Of a stretch of DNA of 64,000 nucleotides, positions 49,201 to 58,402 are shown in pieces; the first letter of the stretch is position 1, and each line of letters begins with the position of its first letter. A program made the position numbers and the translations under genes. The notes beneath the pieces were generated by a model. The model saw only the letters and a list, made by a program, of their open reading frames with translations, did not search any database and had not been told where the DNA came from. This DNA comes from Candidatus Latescibacterota bacterium (GTDB lineage Bacteria > Latescibacterota > UBA2968 > UBA8231), in the NCBI GenBank assembly GCA_965261395.1, contig OZ253462.1, forward strand, positions 5,376,001-5,440,000, read 5' to 3'.

Positions 49201-51614
49201 TGCAGCTCCTCGATGGTGCCTACGCCATGCTGCGCCCGGAGGAACACACGGCCATGGTGCCGGCTGAGACGCGCGAACGCCTCGAAAATCTGTTTAAGGG
49301 CGAGTCCGATGCGGTCAACTGTTTCGTGTGTACACCGACGCTGGAACTCGGCATCGACATCGGTCAACTCGACTCAGTGTTAATGCGCAACGTGCCGCCG
49401 TTGCCGGCCAACTACTGGCAGAGAGCAGGCCGCGCTGGGCGTCGTCATCGCATGGCCGTGGACATCGCCTATTGCCGCCCGGTATCCCACGACCGCGCCT
49501 ATTTTGCGGAGCCACTAAAATTGCTCGCTGGGCGCATCGATCCGCCGGCCTTCAACCTGCGCAACAACGTCATGGTCGCCAAGCACGTTCACGCCACGGT
49601 GATCACGCGGTTGCACCAATGCGCACACACACCAGCCGACCACGCTGTGCTTGCCGCCTGTCTACCGCGCCGGGTGTCTGCGTATCTGTTCGAGAACAGC
49701 GAGATTCGCACCGCGCCATTCGATTTGAGTGGATTGCGCGACCTCATCGACCGCCATGCGGACGATCTCGTAGCCTATGTGGTAGATGTCTTCCATGAAA
49801 GCTGGCCGGATGCGGATGCAGATGCCACCACGCCGGAGGTGCTTGAGGCCTATGTCAAAACATTTGTAGACGGACTGGAAGAAGTGATAAAGCGGCTTAA
49901 GCGGCGTCTCGATTGGGGCATGGGTCAGATCAGGCGTCTGAACGAAACCCGCGAACGGCAAGGCACGCTCAGACCGGGAGACGACGTACTATTCCGCCGT
50001 TGCGATAATCTAGTGCGACGCCTCAAAGGCACCGCTAGCCCCACGCGGCGCGAAGCCGAAGGCCACGACGGTTTCAACACCTTTAGCGTGCTCGCCGCAG
50101 AAGGCTTCCTGTCTGGCTATGGTTTGGAAACCGGCTCGGTAATGGGATGGGCCGAGATTCCTTTCTGGCGCACCGGTGCCATGGACTTTGTGCTGCCGAG
50201 ACCGCCAGCTACGGCGCTGCGCGAATATGTGCCGGGCAATCTCATCTACGCCAACGGACACCGTTTCGTAGCACGGCGCTTCCATCGCAACATTGATGAG
50301 GAACGTTCGGAGACACCGGTTTACGCAGTCTCCGTGGAACGCCAAGCAGTAAAGTCCAGCGACATGGGCGCGGGACTGAGCGCGCAAACGCTGCGCGCCA
50401 TCGCCGTATGTGATACAGACCTAATTCACACTTCGCACATCTCCGACGAAGAAGAACTGCGTTTTCAGATGGGCGTGGCCACGTATGGGCTGGAATTGGA
50501 TCAGCATAGCGGGGGACGTGCATTCCGATGGGGCGCACGCCCCGTCCACCTGCGTCGGGGCGTGCGCTTTCGGCTCCTGAACGTTGGTGCCTCACGCACG
50601 GTTCAGCGGGGCGAACTTGGCTACCCAGTGTGTACGGTGTGCGGCCAGAGCGTCTCGCCACTATCGTCGGAACGCCAGCTTCAACACTTCCGCGCCTTCC
50701 ACGCCGAACACTGCCATCAGGAGCCGACGTCCATCGGCTTCTACGCCGACGTGACAGCGGATGTGCTGTCGCTGCCCAATTGCGAAAACGCCGTCACTGC
50801 GTATAGCGTGATGGAAGCGTTGCGCTCTGCCGCCGCTCGGGTACTCGACATGCACCTAGAGGATTTGCAGATCCTCGTTATCGGACGCACCGAACGTGAC
50901 GATGTCGATGCCCTGCTATGGGATCCTATGCCCGGCGGTTCCGGTTTGCTGGATCGCCTGTGCGAACGCTTCGCCGACGTGGTGGAGATCGCACGGGAAG
51001 TGGTCAACGACTGCCCCTCGGAGTGTGAGAGTTCCTGCATCGACTGCCTACAGACCTTCCGCAACGCGTACTACCACACACGTCTAGATCGTCATTTGGC
51101 CGGCAAGCGTATTGACACATGGGGCCTCCATCTGGCATTCGACCACGACATACCGCCCCTACAGCCTCCCACTCCGCCTGCCAAAGATGCGGTCCCGGTC
51201 AATGACGCGGAAACGCGCCTACGCCACCTGTTGCTGGCAGCAGGATTCCCGGAAGGCAGCCGCAACGAACAGATACGCCTAGATCGCGTACTCGGCACGA
51301 CGACCCCGGATGTCATATACCGCGCCGCCGACTCCGATGAAGACGAAGCTATATGCATTTATCTTGATGGCCTGAGCCGCCATCTGCACGGCAACCCAGA
51401 AACCGCCGAGCACGACCGCGCTATCCGCTCTTGGCTCCGCAACCACGGCCGTGAGGTCATCGAAATTGCCGCCACCGACCTGCACGACCAAGCAGCAATG
51501 ACCCATCACTTCCGCCGACTTGCCAACTACTTGGGTGACAGGAAACTCAGACAGCACATACGCGAGAACCAAGACTGGTTTTTGCCCTCTGATGCTGAAA
51601 TCCCTAGCGTATGA
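46230..51614 (+). CDS. Large SF2 DEAH helicase with Zn fingers, DUF1998 and C-terminal nuclease-like domain (DruE-like architecture)
   Basis: TGTGSGKT, YPMNALAEDQ, DEAH, SAT, TLELGIDIG, QRAGRAGR. Several CxxC pairs; DUF1998-like C..C.SSCIDC; terminal TTPD...IYLDG..H. Confidence 0.85.
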   Translation: MALNPIAYTENVLKSFLRYQLTAYPFADQHLHEQMRELLSLNKTRQSPLFKGPYISLSRPFRQGAPIDDLIGAGLLHPHLRERILREITHLYSHQEAAIRSVESGGATLVSTGTGSGKTECFLYPIVSKCLHLRDEGAPSGIAAIIVYPMNALAEDQLMRLRSLLAGTGITFGMYVGKTPEWEKDVAGVRLSAGASRADYEARLERIRGEGSGETVYPAEEVCSREVMRTPGRQPRILLTNVKQLELLLTRQTDVELFAGAQLHHLVFDEAHTFTGALGAETACLIRRLRAFCGQGTDDTACIATSATIVDVLRPEAAINFAARFFGVAEEAVTTVDENYEKEVWDGVRTLPAPPAGDAAELLDRCVQAVDDEKDPNSAVRAAYRALAGEDLGAGKWPEALHEALSRNELVYLLNEELASPKALDALPVALQERIGRTVAEAEILAWLALGAAARRDGRPLLRPVVHAFVRGISGAVVTFPEDCEGPKLWLAAEDECEPTASHAHFPVTTCTTCGQHYFVTFLKDFSFTGKEPSGGEAGPDGPYWPPLEEPHGGKRVVLVDRLIGSSDDDDDGPIERTAALHFCRSCGAAHPDDFSYCRACGVPAGAVELHAVRSNNKNYPGYITSCLSCGAQGRTGIQYREPARPVRAINVADVHVLTQDMVHHSERPRLLVFCDNRQDAAFQAGWMKDHARRFRLRALMAEGIQETPRSIGDLTAFLDATLEQDEALSRALIPEVWQVARKEGPGGQHAQERRKFLRIQVLREVTLSSRQALGLEPWGRLKVDYYGLDASLPWIQELAHRLALPPDELCEGVAVALDYLRRKRVLYDPEQPIFTRYWQDGDREIQQGYLPDFYNPVATKLQRSAFDKQQLVTQWLSNGGDTTMRQMARKWGAEAEAIPALLTGLFEFLVEQKLLTPVTLKGSRGRAVPGASEVYQVNADLLRLSPNKGAWRCERCRRTTTRRPPGDRCPAWRCYGVLAWIAEDEDDYNLQLLDGAYAMLRPEEHTAMVPAETRERLENLFKGESDAVNCFVCTPTLELGIDIGQLDSVLMRNVPPLPANYWQRAGRAGRRHRMAVDIAYCRPVSHDRAYFAEPLKLLAGRIDPPAFNLRNNVMVAKHVHATVITRLHQCAHTPADHAVLAACLPRRVSAYLFENSEIRTAPFDLSGLRDLIDRHADDLVAYVVDVFHESWPDADADATTPEVLEAYVKTFVDGLEEVIKRLKRRLDWGMGQIRRLNETRERQGTLRPGDDVLFRRCDNLVRRLKGTASPTRREAEGHDGFNTFSVLAAEGFLSGYGLETGSVMGWAEIPFWRTGAMDFVLPRPPATALREYVPGNLIYANGHRFVARRFHRNIDEERSETPVYAVSVERQAVKSSDMGAGLSAQTLRAIAVCDTDLIHTSHISDEEELRFQMGVATYGLELDQHSGGRAFRWGARPVHLRRGVRFRLLNVGASRTVQRGELGYPVCTVCGQSVSPLSSERQLQHFRAFHAEHCHQEPTSIGFYADVTADVLSLPNCENAVTAYSVMEALRSAAARVLDMHLEDLQILVIGRTERDDVDALLWDPMPGGSGLLDRLCERFADVVEIAREVVNDCPSECESSCIDCLQTFRNAYYHTRLDRHLAGKRIDTWGLHLAFDHDIPPLQPPTPPAKDAVPVNDAETRLRHLLLAAGFPEGSRNEQIRLDRVLGTTTPDVIYRAADSDEDEAICIYLDGLSRHLHGNPETAEHDRAIRSWLRNHGREVIEIAATDLHDQAAMTHHFRRLANYLGDRKLRQHIRENQDWFLPSDAEIPSV

Positions 51615-51714
51615 CGAAATGATTCACACCCTAAGAAAAGCGACAGCTATGAAAAAGAGCCGATTGGCATCAGTAGGTGACGAGGTCAACGCCGCCCGCG
51701 ACAATCCCTAACCT

Positions 51715-53631
51715 TTGACCGCCGCGACAAACAGCCCCAGCGGATTGACCCTCCGCTCCTTCGGCATCGGCTTGCTGCTGGCCTTTGGGGTCGGCGCGGT
51801 GGTTCCCTTCCTCGGCCTCTACGTACAAGGCTCGAATTCCGGGGCGTACTTCACCAGCCAGATCGCCCATCTCCTCCTCTTCCTGCTCATTTTGGTCGTC
51901 AACGCAAGCCTCGGCTCCATCCGCCGGTCTTGGGTCCTCCAGCGCGGCGAGCTAGTCGTCATTTTTATTATGACCAGCTTGGCCAACTCGGTCCCCGGGC
52001 TGCTTAGCTACTGGGTGCCGCTGGCGTCAAGTCCGTTTTACTATGCCAGCCCTGAGAACAACTGGGGCGAACTGATCCTGCCCTATATCCCCACCTGGCT
52101 GGTACCCCACGACCTAGAGGCCATTCGCGCTTTCTTTGAGGGCAACGAAGGACAGTCGAGCGCGGTCCCCTGGCAGGTGTGGCTCACGCCGCTGTTGAGC
52201 TGGTTGCCGCTAGTCGTCGCGCTGCACGTGGCCACCTTGTGCCTGATGGTCGTCGTGCGCCGGCACTGGGTTGAAAACGAGCGGCTCGTCTATCCGGTGA
52301 TGCAGCTCCCCCTCGCCATGGTGCAGGACGACGAGCGCGGCTCGCAAATCAAGCCCTTCTTCCGCAACGGAGTCATGTGGATCGGCTTTGCCGTGCCCGT
52401 GATCACCGGGACGGTCATCGGCCTGCACGCCTATTTCCCGTTCCTGCCGACGATTGACCTTTTTGTCCCCTTTCCGCTCTTCAGCTCCCGCCTGAGCTTC
52501 GCCACCTTGGGCTTCTTCTTTTTGATCCAGCGCGAAGTGACCTTTGGCCTGTGGCTGTTCACCTTGCTCAACAACCTGCAAGAGACCATCTACCGCTCCA
52601 TCGGCTGGGGCATCGAACAGGAGCCGGCCATCAGCGTGTGGAGCTACGGCCTGCCCAGCTTGGTCCACCAAGGCATGGGCGCGATGATCGTCCTCGTGTT
52701 GGGCGGGCTATGGGTCGGGCGCGAACACATCGGCAACGTCTTCCGCAAGGCCCTGCGCGGCGCGCCGGACATCGACGACAGCGACGAGATCCTCTCGTAT
52801 CGAAGCGCGGTCTTGGGCCTTATTGGCAGCGTGGGGGTCATGGCCGGCTGGCTATGGCTCCTCGGCATCCCACTGCTGGGCATCGCAACCCTCTTGTTCT
52901 TCATGTTCATAGTGTACATGGCCCTCACGCGAGTGGTGGCCGAGGGCGGCGTGGCGGTCATCTACGCCCCGCTGGTGGCTCCGGACGCGGCCGTCTCGGC
53001 CATCGGCACCTCCTTCTTCGGGGTCGGCTTGGTCGGGCTAGCCTTCACGCGGGTCTTTGCCAACGATCTGCTCAATTTCGCCATGCCCCACGTGGCCAAC
53101 AGCCTGAAGCTGAGCGGGCAAATCGAGGGGCGGCGGCGCTACCTGTTTTGGGGCATGCTGCTGGCCCTGTTGGCGGGCCTTGGCGGCGCGCTGTGGATGC
53201 TGATGCACCTCGCCTACACGTACGGGGCGATCAACTTGCGGCCACCCAATTTTATCTGGCTACCCAACTACGTGTACGACTATACGGCCACACAGATGGG
53301 CAGTCCCTCGCCGCCCAACTGGCTGGGGTGGTTCCACACCGGCGTTGGCGGCGGGGTGATGGGGCTGTTGATGCTGGCGCGCCGCTACTGGATCTGGTGG
53401 CCCTTGCATCCGATTGGCTTCCCGATCAGCTCGACCTTTCACTGGATGGCCTTCAACGCCTTTTTGGCTTGGCTCATCAAAGGGCCGATCCTGCACTACG
53501 GCGGCGTCCATCTCTACCGCCAAGTGCGGCCGTTTTTCTTGGGGATGATCCTCGGGCACTTTGCGATCTTCGGCATCTTCTGGATCATCGACACCCTCAC
53601 GGGCATGGTCGGCAACGGTCTGTTTGTCTGA
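51715..53631 (+). CDS. DUF6785/DUF6784-type polytopic membrane protein (distant paralog)
   Basis: RRHWVENERLVYP, WWPLHPIG, PFFLGMILG; many TM helices; TTG start. Confidence 0.8.
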   Translation: MTAATNSPSGLTLRSFGIGLLLAFGVGAVVPFLGLYVQGSNSGAYFTSQIAHLLLFLLILVVNASLGSIRRSWVLQRGELVVIFIMTSLANSVPGLLSYWVPLASSPFYYASPENNWGELILPYIPTWLVPHDLEAIRAFFEGNEGQSSAVPWQVWLTPLLSWLPLVVALHVATLCLMVVVRRHWVENERLVYPVMQLPLAMVQDDERGSQIKPFFRNGVMWIGFAVPVITGTVIGLHAYFPFLPTIDLFVPFPLFSSRLSFATLGFFFLIQREVTFGLWLFTLLNNLQETIYRSIGWGIEQEPAISVWSYGLPSLVHQGMGAMIVLVLGGLWVGREHIGNVFRKALRGAPDIDDSDEILSYRSAVLGLIGSVGVMAGWLWLLGIPLLGIATLLFFMFIVYMALTRVVAEGGVAVIYAPLVAPDAAVSAIGTSFFGVGLVGLAFTRVFANDLLNFAMPHVANSLKLSGQIEGRRRYLFWGMLLALLAGLGGALWMLMHLAYTYGAINLRPPNFIWLPNYVYDYTATQMGSPSPPNWLGWFHTGVGGGVMGLLMLARRYWIWWPLHPIGFPISSTFHWMAFNAFLAWLIKGPILHYGGVHLYRQVRPFFLGMILGHFAIFGIFWIIDTLTGMVGNGLFV

Positions 53632-53643
53632 GGAGCGGTGAAG

Positions 53644-54978
53644 ATGCGATGGACAATCGGGCTGCTCGTCGCCGGCCTCGCCGGCTGCGCCGAAAATCAC
53701 AGCACGACCCAAGCGCACTTGGCCGAGTGCGCGCAGCAGAGCGAGCAAAAGCAGTATCTCCAAGCCATCGCCGCCTGCCAACGCGCACTCGCGGCTGAGT
53801 CGAGTCTCGTAGAGGCACGGCTACTCATTGGAGGTATGCTCCTCAAGCACGGCCAATTCGACCGCGCCATTGCGCACTATCAGCAGGTCCTCCAAAACCA
53901 CCCGGAGCACTCCGGTGCCTACGAGGCGCTGGGGGATGCCTATGCACGGTTGCGGCGCAACGACGAAGCGACCGCGGCCTACCAGCGAGCGATGGCCCAA
54001 GCGGCCGACCAAGCCGCGCTCTACCGCAAGCTAGCCCTCATCTACGGCGACCAAAACCGCTATGCGGCCGCGGTGGCCGCGCTGCAACAGGCGCAGACCC
54101 TCGCTCCCCAACACGCGCGCACTTATTACAACCTCGGCATGCTCTATCAGCGGCAGGCCCAGTACGCAGCCGCGCAGACCCAGCTAGAACGGGCAGTGGA
54201 ACTGAATCCGGCTTACGGCGACGCGTACTATCAGCTAGGGCAGATACACAGCCGCTTGGGTCGCGACGCAGAGGCCGAAACGAGCCTGCGCGCAGCCTTG
54301 GAGCACCAGAGCGAGTACGCGGCCCAAGCACTATCCGCCCTCGGGGCGGTTTTGCTGCGCCAAGGGCGCGACGAAGAGGCCGAAAAGGTGCTGTTGCAAG
54401 CAGTGCAAGCCGATCCGCTTGAGCCGGAAGCCCTGCACCGGCTGGGGACGCTCTACCGACAGGGCGCGCGACCGGAAATGGGGGAAAAGCTGCTGGCGGC
54501 CTTTGAGCGCGTGCGGCCTTACAGCGAGCAGATCGCGCACTACCGCCACTTGCTGCGGCGCTATCGAGAAGACGCGGACGCCCACTACAACCTCGGGGTC
54601 CTGTACGGGCGGCTGGGCTATCCCGAAGCCGCGGCCGAGCAATATCGCCGCGCCCTCGCCATCAATCCGGCCGACTTGGGTGCGCGCAACAACCTCGCCA
54701 ACAATTTGCTGAATCGCGGGCAAGCCGAGGCGGCCATTGGCGAATACGAGCGGGTCTTGGCCCTATCGCCGCGCAACACCAGAGCGTACAACAACCTCGG
54801 CACGGCCTATATGGAACTGGGTAATTTGGAGATGGCCACGCAGATTTTGCACAAGGCCGCACGCGCGGATACGGCTTATGCGGATCCCCACTACAACCTG
54901 AGTCAGATTTACTTCATGCAGGGGCGTCGAGCCGAGGGCGAGGCCGAGTTGGCGATCTACGAGAGGCTGCGCCCCTAG
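53644..54978 (+). CDS. Tetratricopeptide-repeat lipoprotein
   Basis: AGGAG RBS, lipobox LAGC, more than 10 TPR motifs (YYNLG, HYNLG, YNNLG). Confidence 0.88.
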   Translation: MRWTIGLLVAGLAGCAENHSTTQAHLAECAQQSEQKQYLQAIAACQRALAAESSLVEARLLIGGMLLKHGQFDRAIAHYQQVLQNHPEHSGAYEALGDAYARLRRNDEATAAYQRAMAQAADQAALYRKLALIYGDQNRYAAAVAALQQAQTLAPQHARTYYNLGMLYQRQAQYAAAQTQLERAVELNPAYGDAYYQLGQIHSRLGRDAEAETSLRAALEHQSEYAAQALSALGAVLLRQGRDEEAEKVLLQAVQADPLEPEALHRLGTLYRQGARPEMGEKLLAAFERVRPYSEQIAHYRHLLRRYREDADAHYNLGVLYGRLGYPEAAAEQYRRALAINPADLGARNNLANNLLNRGQAEAAIGEYERVLALSPRNTRAYNNLGTAYMELGNLEMATQILHKAARADTAYADPHYNLSQIYFMQGRRAEGEAELAIYERLRP

Positions 54979-55730
54979 GGCATCGTCACTGGGCGCGGAG
55001 CCTTGGCCATGTAGAGCGCGCGGTCGAAGCGATAGGCAATATCCACGGTCTCGATCGGCTCGTTGCGGTAGTCAAAGCGCAAGCTCACGTCCTCGATCCG
55101 CACCTCCAACGCGGCCACGTCGTGGTGCAGGGGCGGAAACGCAATGTACCCGCTGTATTCCTGGCCGCTGAACACGTATTCTTCCCGCTTGTACAAGGTT
55201 CTCTGTAGGATGTCCACGCGCTCTTGATACGAGAGATAGAGGTTGCCGGCGTTGGCCCACGAGTACGGCAAGTAGTATTCGACCATAGCCGCATACTGCA
55301 GCGAGTTATAGGTGCGTCCGTTGTCGGCGACCAAGGAGATGTTGACCGGGTCCATCAGCACCTTGGGGAACTCGTAGTTTTTGACCGTCAGGTTAAAAAC
55401 CTCAAAGCGCTTGGTCGCCCAATCCTGCTCGGGCGGGGTCCAATCCCCATAGGTGTACGGGTTGAGGTTGCTGGCGTAGGGATTCTGGTAAAATCCTTCC
55501 TTGGTGGACGAATAAGCCGCCAGTTGGCGATTGAGAAACTCGTCGCTCAAGGGGCGTAGCTCAATCTCCAAGCGACCCTGCGAAAAGGTGATGCTGCGGT
55601 CGTCGCCCACGGCGAATTGCTCGCTGTGCTGCTCAGGTCTGGGCAGGATCGGCCCGGCGAAATGCCGCAGGCCAAACTGGGCACAGCCGACGAGCGCGAC
55701 GAGCGCGAATACGAGGCTAGCTTTCTGCAT
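54975..55730 (-). CDS. Hypothetical lipoprotein
   Basis: GGAGG RBS, lipobox LVGC, NPYTYGDW motif. Last gene of the minus-strand operon. Confidence 0.75.
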   Translation of the reverse strand: MQKASLVFALVALVGCAQFGLRHFAGPILPRPEQHSEQFAVGDDRSITFSQGRLEIELRPLSDEFLNRQLAAYSSTKEGFYQNPYASNLNPYTYGDWTPPEQDWATKRFEVFNLTVKNYEFPKVLMDPVNISLVADNGRTYNSLQYAAMVEYYLPYSWANAGNLYLSYQERVDILQRTLYKREEYVFSGQEYSGYIAFPPLHHDVAALEVRIEDVSLRFDYRNEPIETVDIAYRFDRALYMAKAPRPVTMP

Positions 55731-55743
55731 CAGATCCCTCCCC

Positions 55744-58380
55744 TTACAGCTCGCCGGTGGCGGCGAAGACCCGCATGAAGGCGATGGTTTCCATCAGGGG
55801 GTCATCCGCGTTCTTGAATTTCTTGCGCTCGCGCTTGAACCCGGCGTTCAGGGTGATATTGTAGCCTATATAGGCCGAAGTATTGGAGACTAAAACGGCC
55901 CAGACGAAGTTGTCGAAGTCGCCTTCCTCGCCGGCCTGCACGGTCTCTTTGGCGTTGTCGAACTTGCTAAACTCAACCCCGAAATCCACCCACGTCCTGT
56001 CCAACAGACTGTAGCGGGCGAGGAGGAAGACGGTCCCCTCGTGGTCCCGCGACGTTCGCAGATCGAGATCTGAGTGTCCGCGATTGCGGAACGTGCTCTT
56101 GAACTTGGGCGACAAGGTCAGGGCGGTGCTGAGCGGATATTGGTAGTCGAACTTGTTAATCACTCCCAAGAAAGAACGATCGGCCTTCAGCTCGGCTTGC
56201 TTGCCCTGCTGGAAGTAGCGCTCGTACTTCAGCTTGGAGGTGAAGTGAAAATGGGCGATGGCGTTGTATTTTACAGAGGCGTAGAAGCTGTTGATGAAGG
56301 TGTCCTGCGCGTCGAGGGGGTCGTTGAAGGGCACCATGCCATCCGGGTCGGTCCAGACGATTCGGTCGTCAAAGATATTGTCCCGCACCTGCTTACCGAG
56401 CTCAAAGACGGCGATTTGCAGCCCGGGATAATCCCACTCCGAAGTCAGCAGCGCGTAGGTCGCGTGATTCTCGCGGCCGCTGCTGATTTGGCGCTGCCGC
56501 AAGCGCCCAACCGTCAGGTTGGTGCCCTCGCGAAAGGCCACTCCACCGTACACATTGTAGCCCGAGCGGTCGCGCTCATAGGGCAGGTCGGCTTGTAGGT
56601 CGTCCTCAAAGCGGTCGGTGATGGTGTTGTTGTTCACGTCCATGCCGAAGAGAAACTCCGGCGAATCGACCCGGTAACGCAAAAACGCCTCGACGTAGTC
56701 GGGCTTGTCGTTCTTATTTTGGTTGAAGTCCGGGATGAAGTCGTTGTTCTCGTCGAGTCCGGGAAAGACCTCGCGGTCGCCGCCAGAAGTCGAAGCCAAT
56801 TGGGCGAACAGCACGTTAGCACCGCCTTGGTCCGAGCGCAGCCAGTCCGGGGTCTGGTCTTGATCGTCGTTGTCATCGACGAACTCAAAGAGGTGGCGGA
56901 AGGGCTGGTCGTAGCTGATGTTGCCAGAGCCGTCGGCCATGTACGCGGTCGTGCTGTACTCTGGATCGAGATAGAAGGTTTCGCCGTAGCCGAAGAAGGG
57001 GTAGCTGACGTACGAGGCCGTCAGGTAAAATGCCTCGGAAGTTTTTTCGGTGGCCGGCAGCTTGCGGAAGTTCTGGTTGGGAAAGCGCTGGAAGCGCCGG
57101 TTGATCGCGTACTCAGTGCTGAGGTCAAACCCCTTGATATCTGTGACGTTGAAATCCACACCCAAAATCTCGTTGGCCGTCGGCAGCCCGTACTCAAAGC
57201 GGAGAAAGTGCTGGTTCGACCCGTCGGTGATGTTGTTCTCGGCGTGGGCCACGGGCAGAAAGATGGGGCCGCCGAGGCTGGTGACTTGCTTGTTGGACGC
57301 GACCTCGACCCGGTAGTCGTTGGCCAAGATCAACTCGAACTCCAGCTTCTCAGCGTCCCGATACGTCGGGGTGGTCTCGGTCAGCTCGAAGTCGTTGCGA
57401 ATGTCGTAGGTCAACAAAATCGCGTCCGTCCCCTTGGCCTTGAGGACCCCGTCCTCTTGCACGCCGCCCTCCACGAGGGGGACAATCTTGTTCTGCACCT
57501 CCCCGTCGATCAGGATGCGCTCGAGAAAGAGCACGGCCCCTTCTTCCGGCGATTCGGGTGAGTCGTCCGAGATGCGAATGACCACTTCTTCTACATTGCC
57601 CTGATTCTGCGGGCGAGTCAGGACGCCCTTGAGCGAGTTGTCGTCCAAGCTCAGCTCGGAATCAGCGTGGTGCGCGTTGACCCAAGTGATGCCCACCTTG
57701 CCGAAGTCGCCCACTTGCGCCACGCCCCGGCCCCCAAGGACCCGGGTGGAGTTCAGGGCCGTGTTGGCGCTGGAAAGCTGGGTTCTGGCGAGGCTACCCG
57801 GAGCGCTGACCCGCGACCCCAAGAAGGTCGCGGCGTACTTGTCGGACAGGAAGTCCCACTGAATGCCGTTGAAGGCGGGCTTGGAAAAGGTCATCGGCGT
57901 CAAGGTCGTGCGGATCGCGTCGCCGAGGGTGACGGCCGTGTGGAATTGTCCTTTGCTCGCCGAAGAGACGATGACGTTGCTAAACCAAGAATTGAAGCGC
58001 GGACTCTTAAAAAGCGAAGAGCCAAAAGAGCGCGGATTGGTCTCGGTCCAGTCGTAGATCTCCCAGCCGCGGGCGATGTAGTTGCCCAACGGGTCGTAGA
58101 GGCGCTCGCCGTTGAGCAGGGTTCCGACGTAGCGCTGGTAGGCTTCGCGGGCGTAGTTGCTGTACTCCCAGCCGCGCCAGCGGTACTCGTAGTACAAGTT
58201 CTGCGGCAGGTACCACTTGCGGATCGCCGGGGCCAAGGCTCCGGGATGGATGCGAGCGCCGACGATCCCAGGTTCGGAAATCTCGCGGTAGGGATTCGGC
58301 AATTGAGCCTCTGCCGCTGTCCCACAGGCCACACTGCCCACCAGCAGCCAAGCGATTCGCTCCAGTCCCTTCTTATACAT
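55744..58380 (-). CDS. 878-aa exported protein, putative outer-membrane beta-rich protein with Ca-binding-like DxD/N repeats
   Basis: Signal peptide. DDNDDQD, DENND, DFNQN and DVNNN motifs. Amphipathic aromatic beta-strand pattern in the C-terminal third. Confidence 0.7.
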   Translation of the reverse strand: MYKKGLERIAWLLVGSVACGTAAEAQLPNPYREISEPGIVGARIHPGALAPAIRKWYLPQNLYYEYRWRGWEYSNYAREAYQRYVGTLLNGERLYDPLGNYIARGWEIYDWTETNPRSFGSSLFKSPRFNSWFSNVIVSSASKGQFHTAVTLGDAIRTTLTPMTFSKPAFNGIQWDFLSDKYAATFLGSRVSAPGSLARTQLSSANTALNSTRVLGGRGVAQVGDFGKVGITWVNAHHADSELSLDDNSLKGVLTRPQNQGNVEEVVIRISDDSPESPEEGAVLFLERILIDGEVQNKIVPLVEGGVQEDGVLKAKGTDAILLTYDIRNDFELTETTPTYRDAEKLEFELILANDYRVEVASNKQVTSLGGPIFLPVAHAENNITDGSNQHFLRFEYGLPTANEILGVDFNVTDIKGFDLSTEYAINRRFQRFPNQNFRKLPATEKTSEAFYLTASYVSYPFFGYGETFYLDPEYSTTAYMADGSGNISYDQPFRHLFEFVDDNDDQDQTPDWLRSDQGGANVLFAQLASTSGGDREVFPGLDENNDFIPDFNQNKNDKPDYVEAFLRYRVDSPEFLFGMDVNNNTITDRFEDDLQADLPYERDRSGYNVYGGVAFREGTNLTVGRLRQRQISSGRENHATYALLTSEWDYPGLQIAVFELGKQVRDNIFDDRIVWTDPDGMVPFNDPLDAQDTFINSFYASVKYNAIAHFHFTSKLKYERYFQQGKQAELKADRSFLGVINKFDYQYPLSTALTLSPKFKSTFRNRGHSDLDLRTSRDHEGTVFLLARYSLLDRTWVDFGVEFSKFDNAKETVQAGEEGDFDNFVWAVLVSNTSAYIGYNITLNAGFKRERKKFKNADDPLMETIAFMRVFAATGEL

Positions 58381-58402
58381 CTCAATCCTCTCGATTGGGC
58401 AC

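Larger units (their letters stand above)
42595..51678. mobile_element. 9.1-kb integrase-less accessory/defence island bounded by a duplicated PhyH 3' tail
   Basis: 19-bp direct repeat GACGAGGTCAACGCCGCCC at 42576-42594 and 51679-51697. The cargo is defence-like. Confidence 0.65.

Noticed and set aside
46230-51614. Complete DISARM or Druantia system
   Set aside because: No methylase, DrmC/DrmD or DruA-D/H partners are adjacent; only architectural similarity is supported.
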